A stretch of 64,000 nt of DNA from assembly GCA_002189035.1 (NCBI GenBank), contig NEEC01000029.1:124001-188000 (forward strand), in the 5' to 3' direction. The position numbers and the translations under genes were made by a program. The DNA comes from Utricularia gibba. Lineage: Eukaryota; Plantae; Magnoliophyta. Shown here one piece after another: positions 26,181 through 36,110 of the stretch (position 1 is its first letter; the number at the start of each line of letters is the position of its first letter). The notes below the pieces were generated by a model, which worked only from the letters and a program-made list of their open reading frames with translations, searched no databases and had not been told where the DNA came from.

Positions 26181-29100
26181 TTCCTCCTTGAGGAAGAACA
26201 TGAGATGAGGCAGCAGTAATCAAGGGATTTCTGCGCAGCCCTAATAGCTCACGGATTTGAGAGAAATGACTTGGAAAGAGGGCTTTGGTGAGAATGTCTG
26301 CGGCTTGTCTTTCTGATGGTAAATACTCCAATTTTATGCTTCCTTCTTTGATGTATTCCCTAAGAACATGGTATTTGATTTTGATATGCTTCGTCTTCCC
26401 AAACATGACCGGATTTTGAGCTATACTTATGGCTGATTTGCTGTCAATTTTCAGAATGAGTGGCTTGTTAATCTTGATCTGTAAATCTTCACATAATTTC
26501 AGGAGCCATTGAGCGTGATTTGCAGCACAAGCTCCAGCCATGTATTCTGCTTCGGCTGAGGATTGAGCTACTAAGGTCTGTTTTCTGCTGTTCCAAGCAA
26601 ATGCAGCAGAGCCCAGAGTAAACAAATAACCAGTGGTGGATTTAAGATCAGATTCGTCACCTGCGAAATCAGAGTCTACGAACCCTTGAAGAGATAGGTC
26701 AGTATGCCTTTTGAAGTATAAACCCATAGTTTTTGTAGCATTCAGATATTTGAATATTTGTTTAGCTATTCTAAGGTGTAAAGCAAGAGGGTGATGCATA
26801 AACCTGGATAGAAACGTTACAGCGAATGTAATGTCCGGTCGAGTTGAGGTGAGGTATAGTAGGGCACCAACAGTCTTCTGATATTCTCGTATGTTCACTG
26901 AATTTTCTTGAGGATCTTGTGGCCCTGAATCGGCAGAATTTAATTCTTTCAGATAGTTGTTTGCCTTGTTCTTCAGGTATGGAGTGAAAGGCGTAGTTGC
27001 TTCTTTTGCATTGTCCATCCCAAATTTTTTTAGTAAGTCTTCAGTGTATTTTTGCTGGCTGAGAAATATAAAATTGGGATCTTGTATTATCTCTAGTCCA
27101 AGAATATATCTTGCTGGCCCTAGATCAGTCAATTCGAACCGTTGTTTGAGCCTTGATTTTTGATCTGCTATCAATGTCTCGTTATTTCCTGTTAGTAAGA
27201 TGTCATCAACGTATAAAGATATGATGACCTTTCCAGTTTGATTGTTGAGGGTGTATAGAGTAGGGTCGTTCTTGCTTCTGATATAACCCATTTGACCAAA
27301 GTATGAATCTATGGTTGAATACCATTCCTTGGGCGCTTGTTTAAGCCCGTAGAGAGCCTTTTGGAGTTTTAACACCTTATTTGAGCCATCCTTTAGTGTA
27401 AAACCGGGAGGATTTTCAACATATATGTCTTCTTTCAAGTCTCCATTCAGAAACGCATTCTTTATGTCTAAATGGTGCAGGATCCAACCTTGACTGGCGG
27501 CTAATGCGATAATCAATTTTATTGTATCCAGACGAGCTACCGGTGCGAAAGTCTCCCAGTAGTCTATACCTTCCTTTTGAAGATATCCTTTTGCAACCAG
27601 CCTAGACTTTAACTTATTTACTGAGCCGTCTGGATTTAGCTTTGTGCGATAAATCCATTTTAATCCCAACGGTTTAATATTGAGAGGTTTATCCACCGCT
27701 GTCCACACTTGATGCTCTGCTATGGCCTGTAACTCATTATCCATTGAGGTTTTCCATGCAGGATCATTGAGAGCTTCGAAGGGAGAGGTAGGTTCACAAA
27801 TCATAAGCGATCTGTCATAGACTTCAGTAAGAGGACAGTAACCTCTAGCAGGCTCTTCATCTATGAGATGATCGGCTGACTGCAGCATAAAGTGATGTGT
27901 ATAGGAATTGTAGTTGTTTGCTGAATCTTCTGAGATATTTTCTGTGTTATCATGTCTTTCAGATATAATTTGCTCAGAGTTTTGGAAGTGAGATGTATTT
28001 TCCTCCTGTTCTTGTAATGAAGAGAATTGATATTCTGATTCTCTGCTTTCTCCATGTTGAGGCTGTTGCGACGAAGTAGGATATGGCATATGATCATTAC
28101 TTTGCATGTCTTGATTCCTTTCTGAGTGATGTCTGAAATAATTGTTGTCCTCTGTTTCTGCACCAACAAGATTGGAATTATTCGTAATAGTGGTATTAGT
28201 TTCAGGAAGTTCATTGACAAGATTCTCTTCGTGCATTTCAGTAAGATTTTCAGATGCATTGATAGGAAATAGGAGTTGCATGTCTCTGGAATATTCAGCT
28301 TCGTTTTCAGGAGTAGAAGAGATATTATGCCAGTCATAGGTCAGACTTTCTTCAACCACAACATCAGCACATCTTTGAACTTCTATACATTGTTTGGATG
28401 GAATAAATATTCTGTAAATTTGAGAGGAGTCCGAATATCCCATAAAGACCCCCATTTGAGCATGATTCTCTAACTTTCTGCGTTTTTCTTTAGATATATG
28501 GACATAGCAGAGGGATCCGAAGATTTTCAGATTCTGTAGATCTGGGACTTTTCCATACCACAGTTCATGTGGAGTTTTTCCTTCAGGTATTCCTTTGGTG
28601 GGAAGTCGATTTAATAGGAATACCGCTGTGTTAACAGCTTCTCCCCAAAAGCGCAATGGTAAGTTGTGTTCCAATAACAAGCAACGAGCCATATTCATAA
28701 TCGTTTGATTTTTCCTTTCACAAACACCATTTTGTTGAGGGGTATATGGAACGGTAAACCGATGAACTATACCACTTGCATTGCAGATGTCTCGGAGTTC
28801 GGATGATTTGTATTCCCCGCCATTGTCTGAATGCAAAGTAAGTATTCTACAATTGCTTTGTAATTCTGCCATCATCTTGAACTGCTTGAAGTATTTAGTC
28901 ACTTCAGACTTTTGCTTAAGAAAATATACCCACATATGCTTGGTGTAGTCATCAATAAATAGGACATAGAATTTCTTTCCACCAGGTGTCTCAACATGCA
29001 TAGGTCCGCATACGTCAGAGACTACTAGCTGTAGTTTAGAGTCGGATACTTCAGTACGATTCTTGAATGGCTTCTTGTGCATTTTCCCAAATAGACAGGT

Positions 29101-30615
29101 GCTGCACGGGAAATTCCAGTCCTTTAATTGAGGTACGCCATGTATAACTCCTTGGGTTTGCGCTGTTCTGAGTTGGCTTGCATGATAGTGACCTAATCTT
29201 TTGTGCCATAGGAAAGAGGTATTTACAGCTGCAAGACAGAAATTACTATTAGTTGTCATGCAGTTAACTGGAAAGAGGCGATTTACCATGGGCACTTTTA
29301 GTACAATATTGTGAGCATAATCCTTCAACAAGCACATATTGTTCTCTATATTCAACTCATATCCACATTCTGCTAGTTGTCCTGCACTCAGTAAGTTGTG
29401 AGAAGCCTTTGGTACATAGAATACATTAGTAATCTTGATGAGTTTTTGTTCAGTTTCCAGACAGATTGATCCAACACCTTCAACTGCAATGAGCGTTCCA
29501 TCAGCAATGGTGAGAGTTTTTCCTGATATTGGGGTATATGTTGTGAATATAGACTTGTTGTTGGTCAAGTGATTACTGCAGGCGCAATCAATGAACCAGA
29601 TTGTGTTGTGTCGTAGATCAGTGAAATCAGAGAGAGTAGTCTTGCTGCACAAGATATAAACTGAAGACTTCACTTTCATATTTGAATCATCAGGAGATAC
29701 ATGAATTGATTTGTTTTTTGAATGTTCAGAAGATGCAGCAACAACATAAGTAGAGGCATATGATTTCTTGGTGGGACACACACGCTCCACATGGCCTTTG
29801 GTTGAACAGATTGCGCAATGAGCCTCAGGATGCCAAAAACAGTTCGTTGGAATGTGGTTTTTCTGTGCGCAATATGGGCAAGGAGGATGTGGCCCCTTTT
29901 TCTCTTTCTTGACAGGTAGGAAACTTGGTGCAGAATATTGTTGTGTCCCATTTTCTCCTTTAGGACCTGCTATAGTAAGTGATGCTTTGAAGGCAGCTTC
30001 TAATAGATTTTCTTCATTGCGAGATTTACGTCTGCTGTCCACATTTTTGAAGTGTTGGAGCAGTTGCTGCAGACTCAGAGTTTCTAGAAATCCGGTTGCT
30101 TCCAAGGATTCAACGACAGCATCATAATCTGCCGGAGCACTATGAATGATCCTGGCCTTAAGCTTGCGCTCTTCACGGGAGTCAACTTCTTCTCCAAGGC
30201 GCTTTAGTTTTTCCAGGTTTTTGAGAAGTTGTTCTGCATTGGTGGCTACCTCGCCATCTCTAATTTTGAAGTTGTAAACTTCATTCCATAGTTTCTGTAT
30301 CTCCCTGTGCTTGTCTTCCTTTGTTTCTTCAAAGGTTTTCTCGAGCATAAGCCACGCCTCTCTTGGAGACCTTCGAGTTATACACCTGTAAGCATCTCCA
30401 ACCACTGCTGTGGCTAGCACAGCTGCAGCCTGAATTTCTTTGTCTCTATAAGCTTTTTCAGCTGCAGTTTTTTCTTCAGGTGTTCCTTCAAAAACTGGAT
30501 CAGTGGCTATTATTTTCCAGAGCCCATGAAGTTGGAGATATATCTCCATTTTTGGCGCCCAAATATCGTATTCCTTTCCGTCAAAAATGGGAGGTAATAT
30601 GTTTGTTACAGACAT
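25960..30615 (-). CDS. Copia Gag-Pol polyprotein
   Basis: Uninterrupted ORF, likely ATG at 30615 (MSVTNILPPIFDG). Two CX2CX4HX4C knuckles; protease WFIDCACSNH; integrase WHKRLGH..CSTC, SDVCGP, HSDNGGEY and QNGVCER; RT RLVAKGY..ETFAPVAR and LYVDD; RNase H FVDSDFAG, SSAEAEY and ADILTKAL. The stop lies inside the 3' LTR. Confidence 0.95.
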   Translation of the reverse strand: MSVTNILPPIFDGKEYDIWAPKMEIYLQLHGLWKIIATDPVFEGTPEEKTAAEKAYRDKEIQAAAVLATAVVGDAYRCITRRSPREAWLMLEKTFEETKEDKHREIQKLWNEVYNFKIRDGEVATNAEQLLKNLEKLKRLGEEVDSREERKLKARIIHSAPADYDAVVESLEATGFLETLSLQQLLQHFKNVDSRRKSRNEENLLEAAFKASLTIAGPKGENGTQQYSAPSFLPVKKEKKGPHPPCPYCAQKNHIPTNCFWHPEAHCAICSTKGHVERVCPTKKSYASTYVVAASSEHSKNKSIHVSPDDSNMKVKSSVYILCSKTTLSDFTDLRHNTIWFIDCACSNHLTNNKSIFTTYTPISGKTLTIADGTLIAVEGVGSICLETEQKLIKITNVFYVPKASHNLLSAGQLAECGYELNIENNMCLLKDYAHNIVLKVPMVNRLFPVNCMTTNSNFCLAAVNTSFLWHKRLGHYHASQLRTAQTQGVIHGVPQLKDWNFPCSTCLFGKMHKKPFKNRTEVSDSKLQLVVSDVCGPMHVETPGGKKFYVLFIDDYTKHMWVYFLKQKSEVTKYFKQFKMMAELQSNCRILTLHSDNGGEYKSSELRDICNASGIVHRFTVPYTPQQNGVCERKNQTIMNMARCLLLEHNLPLRFWGEAVNTAVFLLNRLPTKGIPEGKTPHELWYGKVPDLQNLKIFGSLCYVHISKEKRRKLENHAQMGVFMGYSDSSQIYRIFIPSKQCIEVQRCADVVVEESLTYDWHNISSTPENEAEYSRDMQLLFPINASENLTEMHEENLVNELPETNTTITNNSNLVGAETEDNNYFRHHSERNQDMQSNDHMPYPTSSQQPQHGESRESEYQFSSLQEQEENTSHFQNSEQIISERHDNTENISEDSANNYNSYTHHFMLQSADHLIDEEPARGYCPLTEVYDRSLMICEPTSPFEALNDPAWKTSMDNELQAIAEHQVWTAVDKPLNIKPLGLKWIYRTKLNPDGSVNKLKSRLVAKGYLQKEGIDYWETFAPVARLDTIKLIIALAASQGWILHHLDIKNAFLNGDLKEDIYVENPPGFTLKDGSNKVLKLQKALYGLKQAPKEWYSTIDSYFGQMGYIRSKNDPTLYTLNNQTGKVIISLYVDDILLTGNNETLIADQKSRLKQRFELTDLGPARYILGLEIIQDPNFIFLSQQKYTEDLLKKFGMDNAKEATTPFTPYLKNKANNYLKELNSADSGPQDPQENSVNIREYQKTVGALLYLTSTRPDITFAVTFLSRFMHHPLALHLRIAKQIFKYLNATKTMGLYFKRHTDLSLQGFVDSDFAGDESDLKSTTGYLFTLGSAAFAWNSRKQTLVAQSSAEAEYMAGACAANHAQWLLKLCEDLQIKINKPLILKIDSKSAISIAQNPVMFGKTKHIKIKYHVLREYIKEGSIKLEYLPSERQAADILTKALFPSHFSQIRELLGLRRNPLITAASSHVLPQGGMMSSEDEYEINQQQTVRNVEDPEQENTNVLRDNGRKKKKVCQQLGLIILDSKIRRWATNKDLATHPLQENGPT
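26181..26190 (-). other. Polypurine tract
   Basis: CAAGGAGGAA immediately before the 3' LTR (short). Confidence 0.7.
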
Positions 30616-30729
30616 GATGACACTCTTTTGAGAACCTGCGATAGAATATAGAGTAAGGTAAGAAGCCTTTAGATGTAGTGTTTGAGTGGCAAACCGTGTT
30701 TGGAAGGATAGCAATGTTGAGCTGCTTGT

Positions 30730-30747
30730 TTCACGTCGGGTTCACCA
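30730..30747 (-). other. Primer-binding site, complementary to tRNA-Trp 3' end
   Basis: TGGTGAACCCGACGTGAA directly follows the 5' LTR. Its complement TTCACGTCGGGTTCACCA equals the recalled 3' end of plant cytosolic tRNA-Trp(CCA) including CCA. Confidence 0.85.
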
Positions 30748-31137
30748 TGATAGCAGTTTATATCGATGTGTGAGGGTTGTAGAACAGATATTTTTTAATG
30801 TTATGCAAGAGTACACATATTTATAGTTCTTTAGCAACGGTCGCCTACTTCTAGGGATTAGCCGTTGCTCACTACGACTTCCAACAATATTGACTTCAGC
30901 ACGTTGGGCCATATCATCATGTTGGGCCATTTTCTTGAAGTGGATGAGTAGCAAGATCTTTGTTGGTGGCCCATCTTCTGATCTTGCTGTCCAGTATAAT
31001 CAGTCCGAGTTGCTGACAGACCTTCTTCTTCTTCCTCCCGTTATCTCTCAACACATTCGTATTTTCCTGTTCTGGGTCCTCCACATTTCTCACAGTTTGC
31101 TGCTGGTTTATCTCATATTCGTCCTCACTCGACATCA
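30748..31137 (-). repeat. 5' LTR (390 bp)
   Basis: Direct repeat of 25791-26180. Ends TGATGTC...GCTATCA on the minus strand. Confidence 0.97.
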
Positions 31138-33815
31138 GTCCCCACCCCGCCGCCGCCTCCGCCGTGTATTTCTTACTCTGCTTGTGGGTCCCTGTGCCGA
31201 GAGAGATGACCAGGAACCTGGTGTAATCCATGGGATCGCAATCCGAAAAGTCTGGGTTTTTCTTGGTAAGTTGCTCCGTGACTTCACGAACAGCAACCAG
31301 CGTCTGTAGACTCACTACGCTTTAAAACCTGATAAATTTGGACAGAAGTGCCGGAAATATGTAGAACAGAGAATATACTGGGTTGTTCGCAGCAACGCCG
31401 CCGTCGACGAGATTGAATTCCCAGTCCTCGTTGATGAAGTAGTGGGCCGGGAAATAAGTCGGTGCAGCAGAGGTGCTGATGCAGACATCCGACATAAGTG
31501 CATTGATCTGAGGAACTTCACTCAACTGGAACCAGACCACTAAGTTACAACGACAATTCACTTTCACTTAGGGTTTCAATCAGAAAATTATCTCACCCTC
31601 AATGTCTCTCACAAGACACCAACCTCTGTAATGTTCAAGAAACACAACTACCCACCTGATAAGATGAAAAAACCACAGGAGTCATCTTGTTGATATCGTA
31701 AGTGGGGATCACGACATTTGCCAACGTTTCGCTCAATCGTTTCTTTCCGAGTTTCTCCCTCAGCACGCGGTGAAGATGGTTTCCGTCGTACTTCGGCCCT
31801 TTTAGTCTGTTTATGGTGCTCATCAATGAACCCACAAACCCCCTGTAAGCTCAGGCACCAACAGATAAATAACTCTATCCCTTTTTTCCTTAAACGAAAG
31901 TCGTGTTTAAAATCATTGGTTTGAACAAGAGCGTCACCCCTGCTGCGGGAAGATCTGAGGTCCGTGTTGCTGGTAAAACGAAACGATGTCCTTGGCAGCA
32001 AAGAGAGGACGATGACTGTCACCGGGGTCGCTAGCATGGCGGCCAGAAGACCGCCGGTGCTCGTCCCCGCGATCACATCGAAGTAATCAGCGAGTCGTAC
32101 TTCATCGCCATCAAGCTCCTGTCACATATTACAAAAAAACACTCCCAATCAAAAACGTATACCCATCGTCGTCGGCCCCCGAGGACGATGATCTGGAAAC
32201 GGCGTGACCACCTGAAGATGGGCTTCCAGGAAATCGAGAACTTTCGCCGGGATGATGCCGCGAATGCCGCCTCCATCAATGCTCAGAATCGTGATGAGGT
32301 TCCCTTTCACCGGAGGAAGGATGGCGTTCAGGGACGAGGCCATGCCGGTTCGCAACCAGAGGGAGCGAGCTAATCAACACGAGAGTGGCGCTGTATTTAT
32401 CATCTTCACGTCTTCTTGTGCAGTTTGACTCTCATTTCTTCTGACTATTTTTTCATTAAAAAAGATTCTAATATAATATTATTTATAATATTAAACAGTT
32501 AGAGCTTCACTCCTATCCTATTTATAGAAAGTAGTAGAATTAAATATTTATTATGAAAATACTATTCTTCTTCAAAACGGACAAATATTAAGAATTTAAT
32601 CTAGACAGCCAACTTCTACTGTTGCCGAAAGAAGAGGGCAATCAAAAAAGTCAGACTCCTAAGTATATTATTTTATACTTCCACTAAAAAAACAAACTCA
32701 GTTTACTCCAAACGGCACGATTCCGTTCGCCACCCGTTTGCCATATCTGTTAAGTCCGAGGGCAAGGTCTCTAATTTCATTGAAGCTGAGATTGCTTAAC
32801 CATGGTTAAGTTAAACTACTTTTCAATCCAGACGAATGTAACGATTCATTTTTTATTTACATAATATTGTCTAATTTGGACACTAAATATTCATGGTTTT
32901 ACAAAAAACCCTCATGCAAAATTATAAAAAACTTCCCTCTATCATATTTTAAATCGATATAAGATTAGTTTAAAATATTTCCACCATTCCTTGGATTGGG
33001 GCTTCCTTGAAAACTCCACATTCTCATTTGTTCTTTCAAGTGGTTTATGTTATTATTATTATTGCTATAATTATTTAGCGTGGGGATGAAGCAAGTTTTC
33101 AATTTTAAATATAAGATGATTATTGGTGCCAACTGCCATGGAGCACGTCTAATGGTTGTCTTCATTAATGGCTACGTGGTGGCTAGTTGTTTATATTGAA
33201 AATCGATAGTCAAATGTTGCATCATCGTCTACCCGAAAAGGACCCAACACACATAAGGACATGTTACAATTGTCATGGATATTGCACCTAAAGTGGCTTA
33301 TGATATATGTTCACAACTTGTGGTATTCGGATGTATGTCAACAATGTGATTTAAGGTTTGTTTAGTAATTTGCTTAAAAGTTTAGTTATATGATTTAAGA
33401 TATTTAAATTTAATATGTATTTAATAGATTGATTTAAATATATTACATAAATATGCCTAAAAAGTTTAATATAAAACACATTGTGTTTTTTGGGTAAAAT
33501 AATTTAAAATTCTATTCATATTAAATAAAATATCTTCAAAACCAGCAAAACTATCTATTTTTAAAATTCTATATATTTTCTTATTAATTTTATATTATTA
33601 AAAAACGAAAAATAATATATATCTATATAATTATTTTAAAGATGTAAAGTGGATAAATTGGGACTACCCAAATGAAATGGAATGAAGTTGGTTTGGGATT
33701 GAAAGCGACAATTCCCAGATATTTTCAACAGAGTGGGCCCCGCGGGTGATACAAAATGCAGTTGAGGGAAGCCATGTTTCTGATCTCAGAGCACGAAGGT
33801 GAGTTGAGGTGAAGG

Positions 33816-35062
33816 ATGACGGGCTCTTGTCTCAGCGTCGTTTCGCTCTACGCCAGTTTCCTCCGCCGGTGCGCAACGGCGGCGGGGCTTACTTCTCAAA
33901 CCCTACAAATCGACGGCGACACGACGATTCACTTCTGGGGTCCCCTGTCCCCGGAGTCATCCAAGCCGTCACTTGTTCTCGTTCACGGCTTTGGACCCGC
34001 CGGGATCTGGCAGTGGCGGCCACAGGTTACCTTCTTCACGCAGAAATTTAATGTCTACGTCCCGGACCTCGTCTTCTTCGGAGGATCCTTCTCCAATTCG
34101 TCAGAGAGGTCGGAGGTTTTTCAGGGGGCATGCGTCGCGAAACTTCTCGAAAAGCTAGGGTTTCTAGGTATTCCCTGAATCCGATTAAATCGGTGAAATG
34201 CTGCTTCTGTGACCAATTTTATCTCTAGGTACTCACTGATCGGGACTAGCTACGGCGGATTCATATCGTATCGAATCGCGGAAATGTGGCCGGATAGGGT
34301 GGAGAAAGTGGTCATCGCTAGCTCGGCGGTTAATCTGCGGCTGAGCGATAATTTGGGGCTGATGCGTCGAGGGAAAGCGACGAAAATGGAGGAAATGTTG
34401 CTACCGGCGACAGCCGCACAGTTGCGCAACGTTCTCCGCCTATCCATTCCCCGCCTTCCGTACCTCCCGGAGTTCTTGCTCAACGACTTCATCGAGGTAC
34501 CCGTTTTCTCTCTGTTCATTTCGCTCACTCGGCTCCTGAAAACCAAGACCGAAAAATTGCGAGAAATGGGATCCAGGTTCTTTACATGGAGAACAGGAAG
34601 GAGAAATCCGAACTCATCGGAGGCCTCAGCTTCGGACACGACGAAAACGTCCTCATACCACCCCTCTCCCAGGTCTCATCCCATCCTCACCACCGCACAG
34701 TAAACACATTGTCACCGGAACCAGTTACCACCGTTCTTTGACCCCCAGCAAAGAATATTCACCCACCCAGCTCATTTCTCTTCCTTGCCCGAGTAAGCAG
34801 GATGTGCTGATCGTATGGGGGATCAAGATCAGATCTTCTTGGTGGAGAAGACGACCGAGCTACTAAAGTAAGACATTCCAACTGAAATAATCTACTTTTG
34901 CAAGCCGAATAAGCAGATCCTGGTGTCTGTCTGAGTTGCAGGTTGGCCGGGGAAAAGGCGAGGTTGCAGGTGATCAAGAACACGGGCCACATTCCACACC
35001 TCCAGAACGCTACCCAGTTCAACAAAATCGTTAGCCATTTCCTGCTAAACGGCATCTCTTGA
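33816..35062 (+). CDS. Alpha/beta hydrolase (ABHD6/monoacylglycerol lipase-like)
   Basis: Five exons. Motifs LVLVHGFGP, YVPDLVFFG, nucleophile GTSYGG, DVLIVWG(D)QDQIF and catalytic His in IKNTGHIPH. Two apparent 1-bp losses, at 34158-34160 and 34817-34821. Confidence 0.9.
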
Positions 35063-36110
35063 TCTCCATCATCATCCCTCTCATTGTACCGAAGTGGCCA
35101 GACCATCTTCTTAGGTAATCATTATTGATAAGTATTATTAATAATAATTCAATGTTTTATTTGAAGAACGTGCCTGCAATTAGGCATTCCCTTGGTACAC
35201 AAGAGTAGACATTGCAGGGGAATCAAATTAAAAAATATTTTATAATGTGAAATAATGATTTTTCTTTCATAAAACGAAATGAATGATTGATAAATTTGTG
35301 AAATATATTATTTACTGGTGTTAAGGTTGTTGGGGTGGGAGGACCGGCTCGTGGCCCGTGGGCGGTCCAGTAGCTGGATTCCCGGAATCCGCATTTAATG
35401 CATGCACATGGACACGGATGAGCAGACACGTCACCACCCCAAGATACGGTGTCTGCTTTTAACTTTTGGTGTAATTCTTTTAATAAACATAAAGGGTTAC
35501 CCTAACCACATCCGATTGGATTGAAACCCGCATAAAGTTTTAAAATTTTAAAAAATTCGAATTTTCAATTAACTTTAGAAATTTTCTCAAAATGGTAGCT
35601 GTCTCCGCAAAACTAAAAAATTCCCCTATTTTCGAACATTTCTTATGCATGGTTGATTTCGAATTACTATTATCGCCTAGAGTATGCTTACCACGGGTAA
35701 AAGTCTTACTCTCAAGGAAAACGACGTCGTATAGGGAACGATGGTGAAATCGTGGAAGATTTATCAAGTAGCGTTGCAGACAGTCTGTGATGGTGCATTT
35801 CCTCCTGAAATTGACCTGTGGAAACTTTAGCCACTGGACTAGCAGCGACCTGCAACAATGGAGGAAACTCTGGCTCCTCCCTGATTTATTGATTTTGAAT
35901 TAAAAAACAAAACTGAATACTGGTTTATAAACATTGCGCTAAAGCACAAGCCAAACATAAGCTTCTATAGAACAGCTGATGCACGAACAGAAAGGGTCTG
36001 AAAAACTTCAATACAGACAAGAGAGTTGGGAACTAGCGGCATCTTACTTGAATTCAACTAAAATGTGAGTAGCAGATCAGTAGAGTTTCACAGAAAGGGA
36101 AATATGTAGC

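Larger units (their letters stand above)
25791..31137 (-). mobile_element. Full-length Ty1/copia LTR retrotransposon (5347 bp; Ivana/Ale-like by motif impression)
   Basis: Two 390-bp TG...CA LTRs, 5-bp TSD GTCCC (25786-25790 and 31138-31142), PBS, PPT, and a single ORF in GAG-PR-IN-RT-RH order. Confidence 0.97.
25192..32343 (-). pseudogene. Patatin-like phospholipase (pPLAII/PLP2-like), exon 5 interrupted by a copia retrotransposon
   Basis: Motifs [41 protein letters not shown] and FLVISLGTG. Removing the element and one GTCCC copy restores GWGLLGWLIQ. Downstream exons (25785-25649, 25560-25385, 25267-25192) give NYLRIQ...EALKRFAKLLSEERKLR...*. There is also a 1-bp loss at 32024-32027 and a GC-AG last intron. 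Confidence 0.92.

Noticed and set aside
25933-26208. Hydrophobic antisense ORF in the LTRs (also 30890-31309)
   Set aside because: Non-ATG start. The hydrophobicity is the expected complement of a purine-rich sense strand.
32795-32810. Perfect 16-bp palindrome CTTAACCATGGTTAAG upstream of patatin
   Set aside because: About one such palindrome is expected by chance in 64 kb.
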